Positions 49,057 through 60,479 of a DNA stretch of 64,000 bases are shown piece by piece. The DNA is taken from the NCBI GenBank assembly GCA_965655095.1, contig OZ296648.1:89590001-89654000 (forward strand). The letters run 5' to 3'. The stretch is from Haplodiscus bocki. Taxonomy: Eukaryota. Both the position numbers and the translations under genes were made by a program. The notes beneath the pieces were generated by a model. The model did no database searches, was not told the DNA's origin, and worked only from the letters and a program-made list of their open reading frames with translations. The stretch's first letter is position 1. Each line of letters starts with the position of its first letter.

Positions 49057-52000
49057 CCCGGGTTGAGATCTCAGAGATATTCAGCGCTGATAAACTTTGA
49101 TTCAGAAATTATCAGCTCTCATCAGAGCCACCTCAGTTCTGATTAAACGCGTTAAATTACCCGAAAAGTCTGAAGAGCACTGAAAACACAAATTCTCAGA
49201 GGCAAAAATCAACACTTAACAGCACTACTACATCGCTGATTTTTTTCTAGAACAGAGCCCAACAGTAATGATTTTTTTCGGATCCAGAACATAAATTTCA
49301 TCATTTTTTCTAAATTTTTCGAGGTACCTCTAAGTTGAACCAGAAAAACCTGATTTTCGAATCACATTGGAAAAAGAAGAAAAAAATACAATATTATTTT
49401 GTTCAATTTTCCTACGTGCCAAAGTTTGATCAAAAACACAAATTTCGGAACTGTTGGTACCACCAAAGTGACAAAACTAATTCATCAGCTCGATTGAATG
49501 AATTTTAGCAGTTTTCAAGTTTCCCAACTTTTCAAGCTTCATTTCTGGATAAATTTGGAGACGAATGTTTGTTTTTACATACTGAGATAAAATGTTCATC
49601 AGCAGATTTTATGATCGGACCGCTATTTGACTATTGTCGCAGGCCGGGTAGGGGGGAACATTGTATTACTAATGCTTGAATTTAATTCTTTTTCTAGTTC
49701 CAATTTTCTTTCTAGCTGAGTGCTGCAGGTGATTAGTATTCCTTTTGTTAGCTAAATCAATACAGCCGTGGCGCCGCAGCAGTTGTTTTGTTTATTGAAA
49801 ATAAGTCTCAGGGGCTTTTATTGATCTACTTTCAGGTGCCTTGCAGGCCTCGTGAACAAAGATTGCGTAAGTTCAAAGCAAGGACTTTATGAGCGACGGA
49901 GGGAAAATAGAAAATGAAATAATCAATTATTCAGTCAGCCGAGAGAATAAATATAATCAAACGGGAAATGAGAGAACTGCGCTAATGGATGATGATTCAG
50001 GCTTTAGAAGAGCGCTAAAAGTGGGAAATAGAAATAGTAGTCATCTATTCCAGCTAGTTCAACGCGATACAGTTACACAAATTTCACTGCAGATTTAACC
50101 AAATTTTTTTCATCTACAAAATTATCCCTCAAAAATTTTTACTTTAACTTCCAACCTTGTACAAAGTCCCAAAATTTATAGAATTATCTACTCAACAAGC
50201 ACTTCGACAAATGTAATCACAGAAAATAAAAAGATCGCTGATTATCATGGAATTGAGACAATTTAAAAGAAATTTAAAGACTTTTACAAAATAATCGGCA
50301 TAAATAAGATCAATCCAAAATACAAATGGCAAAAATGTAAGATGTCCGTTATAAATTCTTCAATTTTAATGACATACAAATAACAAGGATATAAGATATT
50401 CTTTATAAAACTCTCAATGATTGATTGAGATAATTTTTGGAGGTAAAGTAATGTCTAATAAGTTTTTTTTCTTTAGGCCAGATAGAAGACTTTTGTTCTT
50501 CTATTTTTTCTGGGCCTGTTTTCTGGAGAAGTTTTGGCTTTTTGTTGTTTTATTTTATTAATTAACGTTATGTCATATATAACCTTTTGTACTTTGGTCT
50601 ACACTCGGTACTGGCTTCCGCGCAGCAACCGGTTGTACTCCTATTTTCCCGATTGTCCAAACCGTGAATAAATCACCGGATTTATTGGCGGGGTTTGATT
50701 TGTTTTAATTTTGTCTATTACTCAGGTGATAACTCGCTCTTTAGCGGTAACCCGGTGATATTTTGTTAGTTCCCTTTCTTTCCAACCGAGAACTTTGTCT
50801 AGCGGATGTTACGGAAGGGATTTATGAAATATTAAAATTGATCAGAGAGATATACTCTGTCTGAACTAAGAAAACTGTTTAACTAACGGTTACCGTTGAT
50901 GGGACTGGGTGATTTTTTGATAACTCAGGGACTCTCCTCTTTTTAGTCTGACTTGCGAAGGGATTCAGTAGGGAATTTTAAATCAAAGCAAAGAATGAAT
51001 TATGGAAATCAGGAATGGACGGTTTCTGCGTATTTAATCCATAACTCGGAATTTAGAATAAATTCTAAAGACCATGGAAGCAGACGAGGTGAGAATGATC
51101 TATGAGTAATGTCAATTCTCTTTGCCTAAGAACCTCGTGGGGGGTCGTGCATATTTAAGGTCCACTCATGATTCAGAACTTGCGTTCATCCACGGAACCC
51201 GCACACGCCAATGTCGAAGCTAGCGTCAGTGGACATCGTTTAGACTCCAATGGCAAGAGTATGTAAAGGTAAGTGAAAGGAAGGGAATTTTTCTAAGTCA
51301 GAAGAGAATTGGGACTTAGAATATTATTGGAGAATTGAATTGGTTTTGCGACTAAGACAGAATTTAGAATTGTCTTAGAAAAATTTTGCAGGATTGAATT
51401 TGTTTTGCGACTAAGACAGAATTTAGAATTGTCTTAGAAAAATTTTGAGGAATTGTAGTTGGACTTAGAATAATTTCGTCCAAGAGGAGAGAGAAGAGAA
51501 ATAGGACTTAGAAAATTTTCTCCAAGAGAGAAGAGGAGTTGGACTTGGAAAATTTTTGTCCATAGAAGTAAAAGGGAGAAAGGGAGTTGGACTTAGAATA
51601 ATTTTGTCCAAGTAAAAGGGAGAAGTAAGGTAAGCAAGTCAGAAGAGGAGTAAGGCGTCCCGTCCGCTGAACGGGAAAGTGAGTTATGTTCAAGTCCGTT
51701 TCTCAGAGCGGCTCCAAAATAACATCATGCTGTCATGACATGCAACCAATAGGAAAAAAGTTTGTAACAGCCATGAATTGGTAGCAGGAGCCAATAGGAG
51801 AAAAGCTCGCGTTAGAATTTTTTGTAAAAAATATTTATGCAACTCCATTGGTTTATATCTCCAGCTTTTTTATTCATTTTCTATGCCCTACGACAACATC
51901 AGCAGTGTCCCCTCAAAAGGTTAGCTTTAATTTATCATCTTTTAATTAATTAACGTTTAAGCGTTAAGTATAACGCGATACTATGCTATTAGATTTTGAT

Positions 52001-52140
52001 TACCTCAGTTACCTTTGAAAAGACCAGTGTTGACTCAGAGGGATTCGGCACTCAATCAGCCTTGTTTAACATTTTACAATCATTTTTCAGAGCTACAAAA
52101 ACTTCACGGAACAATTCTCAGACAGCGTTGATTAGCGTTA
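49057..52140. mobile_element. Second MITE-like copy, interrupted by the family B solo LTR
   Basis: Starts CCCGGGTTGAGATCTCAGAGATATTCAGCGCTGA. The same CAG-G-TGA/TCAGAG motifs resume at 52020-52140, beyond the LTR. Right end uncertain. Confidence 0.5.
49635..51980 (-). mobile_element. Solo LTR, family B (2346 bp), 4-bp TSD CTAT
   Basis: CTAT at 49631-49634 and 51981-51984. The minus strand starts TATCGCGTTATACTTAACGC (cf. TGTCGCGTTATAGCTAACGC at 34610) and ends CCCCTACCCGGCCTGCGACA (cf. CCCCTACCGCGTGCGACA). Internal 59-bp tandem repeat at 51335-51447. Confidence 0.85.
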
Positions 52141-52579
52141 CTAATTAGTGTATGCTTCAGAAACAAAGAGTGGAGGAAATTACTCTTACTGAACAAAAAA
52201 CACAACAGTTCAATTGAACAAACAATATTTTTACAGAATGTCGAAACTTTTTTTACAACGCTTGTGATTTTGTTATTTCGTCCAAAAATTGATTATTTAT
52301 AAGGTAAGAAAATTTATGAATTTTAAAAAGTAAGAGAAATTACGCTTTTATAAGGTCAAAAAAATTACAATCTAAACGGTAAGAGAATTCGCACTTTAAC
52401 AGTTTTTTTACTTTCAAAAAGCAAAGGTTCTAGACAAGAAACTGTTATTGAATAAACAAATTCTAGAAATTTAGCAACAATAAGTTTTTTCGATTGAAAC
52501 TTTATGATTTTTTACTTGTAAGAATAACGTTTCCTGCTTTGTTTCGCTGTTTCCAAACATACACTATCAATGGTTGTGT

Positions 52580-53450
52580 CATGAAGTGAAACTAGAAGTT
52601 TCGTCATTCAAATTTTTTCTTGGCCACCAGAGAAGAATTATTACATAAATATTTCTGTAGTAGAGCATAATATTGATACTTTGGAGCTTTGGAGTCATTA
52701 TTTATAAGATATGAATGATTATGGAATGTAAAAGAAATGAAAAGTAAAACGCATTTTTGTTGAAATAGAGAATTTTGGAAAGACTGGTCGACAGTTCTAA
52801 TCACGTCAAAATGGTCAAAAAACAAATGACTGATCAGTTTTTCTACATCTTGATTTCCTTGAAGAGAATACTAAAATTAATAGAAACAGATGATGGAAAA
52901 CATTTTTTGCATAAATCTTTTTTTTTTTGATTTCATAAAGATGTAGGATTTAAAAAGTATAGTAGAGAGACTTCTAAGGGAGCAATATTTGCAAAAAAGT
53001 TTGATGGAACATTTTGTAATGTGTTTGGGAAATCAGTTCTTAAAAAATTAACTCTAATTGGATTGAGGAACCATCTACTTTAACGAAATATTATGACAAA
53101 ATTGTACATAGTTCTACTAACTTGACTCCAGTTAATTTTTCGGTGCAAGCTTAAGAAAAATAAATTGATTACAAGTTTAAAGATAAGCTCAGTGACAAGT
53201 TAAGAGAACAGCGCAAGAAAAGAAACTCGAACTATGGTGTGTGAGATTCATTTGGAAGTGCTGATACGAGATCCGTATTCTCTAAAGGAGATGCTAAAGA
53301 CTGGAGTTATGAGCTTCCTTGAATTGCAGAAACTACATATGATACAATTCAAAGTTACGGAATCAAAGACTTTGCTTCAATGAAGAAGTGTCAGGAAGCA
53401 TTTTTGAAAAAGAATTCTCTTACGAGAAAAAAATGGGAGTAAAATGAAAA
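52580..53450 (+). pseudogene. Maverick/Polinton-type retroviral-like (rve) integrase pseudogene (copy 2)
   Basis: Manual translation: LWSHYL*DMNDYG...IENFGKTG...KLIETDDGKHF...YSRETSKGAIFAKKFDGT...NWIEE...YDKIVHSSTNLTPV...FSKGDAKDWSYE. This is the rve core pattern (TDxGxxF; AERFNRT; NW; YNxxxHSSxxxTP) plus the Polinton FxKGxxxNWSxE tail. Confidence 0.72.
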
Positions 53451-54457
53451 AAACAAAAAAACTACGACTTTAATAATCAAATTGAAAAAAGTCATTTTTT
53501 ATGAGTGATTTTACGAGGAGTATCAATTCAAATTTTTGTAAATAGAATTTTTAGATTAGTGTAATATAAAACCAAATTTCGCATTTCAAGTGGAAGAATA
53601 TTTCAATAATTTTTCAAATTGAGTAGAAACTGGGACTAAAAATTCTTTAATAACGAATTTCGCGTCGAACACTTGAATGATTTTACCCAATTAGTACAAA
53701 ACAAAGCTAAAATTGATTTTAATTTATGCGATATGCTTTATCGGATTAAATAAAACAAGTTTCTTAAAACATTGCTCAGATGAAGCACTGATGTTTCACA
53801 TTTTTGTCTGCAGGTTTGAAAATGTTGCCGCTAGAATCATTGGAATACACCTGCAGGTGCAACTAATATTTTCTTCTGTAGTCTTCTCTGGACTCAATCA
53901 TTATATTGGAAATTTTTCATTTGTGAAAGATTGTCAAAAGTCATTTTTTCAAAATAGGCAGATATGTGGTGTTTTGTAGGGGAAGATGGGTACTACGAAA
54001 ATAAAACGTTTGAAAATTACTTAACCGTCTGTGACAGAAACAATCTTTTTGTCTCTTTCGCTAAAGTTTTATTTCAGAGAAATACCTACTGAGTGCGTTT
54101 AAATAATTTATTTTATAAAGCAGATAAATTTCTTAGACTTCTGTTCACCTTGTCATGTCAACATCTGCAAAAAACTTAGAGTTATAGAACTTCCTAACAA
54201 AAAATATAAAACATTTCTTAGGTTTTTGCCAAGGTCTTGGAGTTCTTGGTGAGTTTATTTTTCAGAAGATTTTGCAGACAAGTTCGAAAATTTCTATGGA
54301 TTATTGCCAGAAGAACAAAATTTTTCAAGATATTCGCAAGGCGAACAATATAATAACACGTTTGTAAACACCCGGAGTTACCACCACATGAATAACTTAC
54401 TATGGGCACAAGTATGTCGACAGCCGTCTTACGGGTAAAACCAGTTATAAGAAATTA

Positions 54458-54898
54458 TTAGGATTGCCCTGCGCTCATGGATGGACCATAGTATTTGTCG
54501 TGGCTATCTTCTGGACCAGAGTTTTGTGTCATCTGGTTGTGGAAGATGCCTGCTTCAGGTTGAGGATCACTCTGGAAGTCGTCCTCATTCGCTCCCTGGC
54601 TTGTACTCAATGCGTTCCGGGACGTCTCCGGAGCGGTTCCGGAGTGGCTCTGAATTAGCGAGTTTATGAGAAAGTCATCAAGACGTGCTAATGCACCTAG
54701 TATCCGGTTTTCTGCTATGCCAAACTCTTGTGACAACTTTTTTGTGACTCTTCCCTCAATTTCTTCAGAAAATTGAGATAGGTAGTCCTCTTGTGATCTG
54801 GGAACATTTGAATTTCTTGCCAAGTTGCTCCTAGGATGTTCCTCACAATTTTCCTTGTTTAATGCTGCCAATTTTATCTTGTTTCTTAGAGTTGCCAG
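54458..54898 (-). pseudogene. gag: Gag N-terminal ~134 codons carried inside the solo LTR, reading into flanking DNA
   Basis: Open frame from CTG at 54898 (position of the gag ATG) through ...QNSGPEDSHD, where homology stops exactly at the LTR end. 12 flank-derived codons and a stop at 54458 follow. Confidence 0.85.
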
Positions 54899-56197
54899 TT
54901 CTTCGGGAAAAGTGTTTTCAGTGATAACTAATTGATTGTCTTTCCTTGAAGGGAAAAAATCAAATTTGTGTTTACAGTTTTCAGTAGCGGAAAATAAAAT
55001 AAAAAAATAATACTGGTTGATATCGTCAGGACAGCGGAGTAATTTAAAGGTTCTGAAGAGTTCTCAAGTTCCCCATTTGTACTTTCATTTCTCCTATTTA
55101 TACCTTTTCCCGGCGTGAAACATAATTGTTTACACGCCAAGTCAAGGTACAAATAGGGAAAAGTACTTTATAAATGATAACGTCAAAGTTAAAAACGCCG
55201 ACTCTGGCGGGAAATAAACAACTTTTCCAGCCATCTCTTCCCCCATAGGACGTGCCTTTTCCATCTTTCGATAGAAAATGGACAGTCTTAATCCACCAGA
55301 GACAGACATCAAACTGTCTATTCCCGCGCCGACGTATTGTTTACAGTCTACAAAAGTATAGTCCATAAATGGGAAAAGGAAAGATATTTCCTTACTTAGG
55401 AAAAATGAAATAAAAATATGAAATGAATGACTTTAAATATGAAAAAAAAATGAAAAAAGTAAATAAATATAACCCTCGTGCTCGCCTCATCATTATTAAT
55501 AACAATTCATTAGTCTATACTCTTTGGAAATGAGGAGAAACTAGTAGCAGTACTGGTTTACTCCTCAATGGTACGAGTAGCGACTGGTTGTTTCCGGATA
55601 ATTTCACTACTAGTGGTAGTAGTCTGTGCTCAAATGAGGAGTAATTCTGCAATCATTCCGTATTCACTACAGCACGGCAAAGTAAGAGCAGTGTTGGTGA
55701 CGTCACCAGACTAGTAGCGACGGAACACGTACGGAACAAATATTCACTCCGAGAGTCAATACACTTGAAATCAGTCATTGTGCTAAAAGTATCAATTTAA
55801 TCAAAATTTCTAATTAAACTGCACTTCTTGCAATTAATCAAAACCGTCAGACTCGTTGAAAAAGGTGGATTTATATTGAATATTTAAAAGATTATATTAA
55901 TATAAAAATAGCACCTTTTAGGTTGATAATGCTCTATGAAAACTTGTTTGTTCCGTAAGAGTTCCGTCCTAGTACCTATCAGTTTGGTTGCGTATAAATA
56001 CGTACCAATATATATGTGCTTTGTCAAGGATACGTATTAAATACGTATCCGTATATATGCACAACAGTTAAAAGTACATGTTATAATGATAGTTAAAGTT
56101 TGATTAAAAGTATGTAATGTTTGAGTTTTTCCTGAGCATCAGGGTGTCTTTTTGGCTGGTAGGGACTGGCCACATGCCTCGCAGGTGTGCTGCGACA
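54496..56197 (-). mobile_element. Solo LTR, family A (1702 bp), 5-bp TSD GTATT
   Basis: GTATT at 54491-54495 and 56198-56202; minus strand TGTCGCAG...CCACGACA; colinear with 11114-12716. Confidence 0.92.
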
Positions 56198-58956
56198 GTA
56201 TTGATGTCTGGTACCTATAAGAGCAATTTAGGAAGCATATGATCTTTTCTTCAGGTTTTGTTTTTTTTTCGTGAGAATACAGCAGTCGTTTCCAAACCAA
56301 GCATTGAGTATCTGTTCAATCACAAGGAAGACCGGATCCAAAGAAATCATATGAGTTACCTCCAGAAAATTTTTGTACCTTGTCGTATTAGTGTTTTGAC
56401 AAATTAATTCGTTAAAAAGCACATAATACCTTGAGGAAATATTATTTCTATTAAATTTTAGCTCCAGGGCTTGATTATGATAAATTTTTGAACAAATGCG
56501 CAAATCATCAGATTGTTTCACAAATAGGTAACATGTAAGTACTTGATCAACAGTTAACTTACCACGGCTCCAGGGCTGGGCATGAGGATAATTCAGAAAG
56601 TCTCATGGGCACCAAAGTAACGTACTTCTGGCCCCAAGAGTATCTATAGACCCTTATTAAAGTACCCTTGACTCCCCTGGTCCAATCTTCGTCCCAATAA
56701 AAATGCCCTATTTCATTTCTGAGTGGTCAACCCGGGCACAGCATATGCTGCTAGAGTTTATTAATTTCAAAGATTATTGCAAAAATTTTCCGAAAACTTA
56801 CATATCTCTAACTGTACAATAAACATGAACAATTAACTTTATTTTTACATGATTTTCACGAATATGTCGATATAGCTTATGACCGGTGATTTTCGAAGGT
56901 AGAATCATTATCTGCATTTTTTTTAATTACATCAATTTCAGTCAGTCCCTCCTCAAAGTTGGGTCAAATGGCTCATTTCTGTAGTGCTCCAAGTATGATG
57001 GACTACCAAAGTAGTTATTGTTACAATGTTACGAAGCTGCGGCTTACAAGAGTTCAGAAAATCAAAACAAAATAGAAAAGAAAAGCAAATAAATCTTGTA
57101 CGTTTTTCCAGGGAAGACAAGTTCCATCTTAGACAGGAGCTTTTTTACTAAAAAACTCCTCCTTTCAGGTCCTTCAGAAAATTGTACAAAGATTCCGACT
57201 CCTGTAATGGTCACAGCAGAGTTACAACGTGGAGACGTTCTGCTCGCAGAAGTTCTTCTTAACGAATTTCTACATCAATAAAAGTGATCCTTTTCAAGGG
57301 TTTTTTGGTTTCAAAACTTCCGGCTCAATTTGTTCTCTAGTCAACATGTTCTACAAAAACAATCAACTTAGACAAATTTTTACCAGTTCTTCTGATAATC
57401 AATCAAAACTGAGAAAATTCATACGAAAACACCCAATTCACCGATTTATTTTGATAAAATGCTTGTGCGGAACTTTTTTACAAAAGCTTGGAGAAATCAA
57501 TTTTTTTGAGATTTTATTAATTCGTTTGTAAAGTATTTGCCAATAGCGTCGCATTATTTTTTTGAAAGGAGGGAAAAGTTTCCAGATCCGAACGTTTTTG
57601 CACAAAACCATGTTGGTGTTAGTTCAGATATTTTAAGAACTGAAGAAATATGGCACAGTACATACACTTTTCAAGCACTTTGCAAGTACTATTCAGTCGT
57701 GGAACGGGCTTCTAATTTTCGACAAGTGTTTTATCTCCCTTTTCGAATATATTCAAGATTGCAGCTACTCTCAAGTTTTTATGTTTACCCGAATGTTTTT
57801 CTGTTTTTTATATTTTGATGTCGAATTGGTCCCATTTCCCCAGCATTCAAAAAAGTGAGGATGCACCGTTGGAACTCTAGACGCAGTCCAAGTTGACCAG
57901 AACCTTGAAAAATTTGTATTTCCGTGATTTGACACAGTGTTTTTTTTGTATTTTCAAGTGGCGAGCTGTGCTTGACGATATCGGTAATAATACACATTGA
58001 AAAAATATCTGACCAGGTTTACTTTTGCTTTCGCAGTTATGGCTATTGCTCTATTTCCATTCAATGTTTTGGTGAGGCTGACTGATTTGTTCAAACGTTT
58101 CAGGTGATTCAATATCAGGTTAAAACTTCTGTTAGACAGCATGATTTTATGGTAAGTAACTCGCTCGAGTTCGGCTGCTTTTTTGACTTTGCTGACTGCA
58201 TTAGCTTATTAGGATGTAGGTTTCAATTAGCGAAGTCTTTTTGCGCTTTCGATTTCATCATGCTGTTAGATGCTGCGAGAACTGTCCTTGGAGGTTGAGT
58301 GCCGTGACGGCGTGATCCTCTGGGCAGGATCGCCTCAATTAAGTCTGCTGAGTTTGTTAGAGCACGATAAGCATTCTGAAGAGGAAATTAGGTGATATTT
58401 TGCTGAATAAGGGCATTACTGGCAAAAAAATGGCCGCCTTAGAATAATAACAGCGAAAACGAATCAAAATTTTGACCAGCTTGTTCACCTTGCCATTATC
58501 GTGGAAAGTTCTGTAAAATTTGGCGTTTTTGGCAAAATCTTGTAGTAGGATGTTATCCATTGATTGTAAATTCCAAGAGAAATCTTACCTCAACGAGCAC
58601 GCAAAAAGGAGCCTCGCGATTAAATGTGATCCTTCTGTGCAATTCATACATCAACGGTCTTCAACCTTAAACTTTTGAAACAAAACTACGAACAGACCGA
58701 CCTCCTAAGAAACTATTCATATATCAAATAGAATTTCCAGATGACCTGTTAAATGTTTCGCTCTGGAAACTTTGCAGAGAACTAAGCAATGACAATTAAA
58801 AGTATTGAAGTGTTATCAAAAAACTACGGATGCCTCTCAAACTTTTTTGTTATTTAGTTGCCTGTGAATTCGAGGTTCTCTATGGAAGAATTAACAAAGT
58901 ATTCTTTTTCAAACAAGAGCAGAGCAGGAACTCTTAATTACTACAAAGCCTAAGAA

Positions 58957-60479
58957 ATGAGCGATTATTTTCCTGTGACTGTGACTGAACATTGGGGAAG
59001 TTCGATTTCAAGACCAGTCTGTTCGACAATTGAGAAGTTCTCAACAGAAGGCTTTTTGAGAAAATCAACAGAGAATGCTGATAAGTTATTCCAATCTTGG
59101 AGAACAAGTGGTCAGACATATATTATTCCTTCGGAACCAATAGCAACTCCAAACGGCCCAGATGGTGAGAAAGAGTCTCGCAGCTGTGGTATGAAAGCAG
59201 TGAAAAGGGATTCAGTATTGGAGGGAGATAAAGCAGAAGCTACAGTGCATAATTTCTTGGCAAAGTCTAATCAGCATGCTTTCATTTTGCAAAAATTTGA
59301 TACTTCAAAGTGGAGAAAAGTTTTCAAAACTCTTTCATCAACAACGAGAAGCTTTGCTGATGAAATCAACGAGATGGGCGACATTGAGATTGATTTTCTT
59401 ATTTTGCATGCTTTCCTTGGAGTAGTTGCTATCGAATGCAAAGGTGTGAAAGAATTCCAGCAACGAAGGTACACCGACAGCAAAAGGCAACTAAAAAAGT
59501 TGACATCTTACTAAAAAACGTTTTAAAAATGGTAGCTTCAACAGGAAAACAAACTTATTCAATACCTATTGCAAAGGTTGTAAGCTTTCCTTTTGTGCAA
59601 ATGAAACAGGGCGTGAAAAACCCTTTTAATTTGGGACAAATCGATTTAGAATTACGACCTGAGTTATGGTGGGACCATCTCTTGGATCAAAAGGGAACAG
59701 AAGTTAATAAATTTGTGACTGACACTATTTATGAAGAAGTTGTGATTTTTCTTTTGGGTCTTTACAGCATGACTTCAAATTCGGAAATTTTTTCAGAGGC
59801 AGGCTTTTGCTCCGGTTATGCGGAAGATTTTTCTTCATCAACTATCAACCGATATTTATGGCGATTCTTGAACTTTTTGCTTCCAAGGCAACTACATTTT
59901 ACGCTACACCTGGACAACTTGTTTTTCCTCAACCCTGGCCAATTGCAAGTTATGAAATGCCAAGCTAACAAGCAGTTAATAATGGGAGAATCTAAAACAG
60001 GCAAAACATTTCTACTTATGGAAAGGGCCTTTCATCTTTTGATGGAAGGTGAATCGATTTATTTTCTGATTCCTAAAGGCTCACGTAATGATTATAAACA
60101 CTTGTTGCGGATAAGGTCGGAGCATAATGAGGATTCTTTTAAATTTTTCTCTCACGGAACTATCACTCGGGATTCTCTGGAACAGCTGCAACACTCTACG
60201 GTAATTATTGACGATTTACAAAACTTTTTCTCACCTGATGGAGGTATTTCGGACCAAAGAGGGCTCAACCAAGGTTTTCGAACTTACGAAGGAAACTCTG
60301 AATGCACGTCGCTGGATTTATGTGAACTTCTACGAAAAGTCCCAAAAGCTGTCGTTGCCTCAACCCCAATCAGTTCATTTGAGTACCCCGTGCCGGATTA
60401 TGAGCAACTACTTTTGAATTCTGGATATCAGCTCCTTCGGCTGCGTGAGCAATACGCGACTCTCAAAGAATGGAAATAA
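58957..60479 (+). CDS. Intronless NERD (PD-(D/E)xK) nuclease fused to an SF1-helicase-like P-loop domain, split by one -1 frameshift (joined product ~506 aa)
   Basis: ORF1: GDKAEATVHNFL...EIDFLILHAFLGVVAIECKG...KRQL (NERD). ORF2: IPIAKVVSFP, Q motif LNPGQ, Walker A GESKTGKT, Walker B VIIDDLQ, motif IV-like LREQY. Junction CT-A AAA AAG at 59493-59499; no other disruptions. Confidence 0.75.

Noticed and set aside
53550-54215. Additional capsid-like pseudogene on the minus strand next to the integrase
   Set aside because: Too degenerate; no unambiguous motif.
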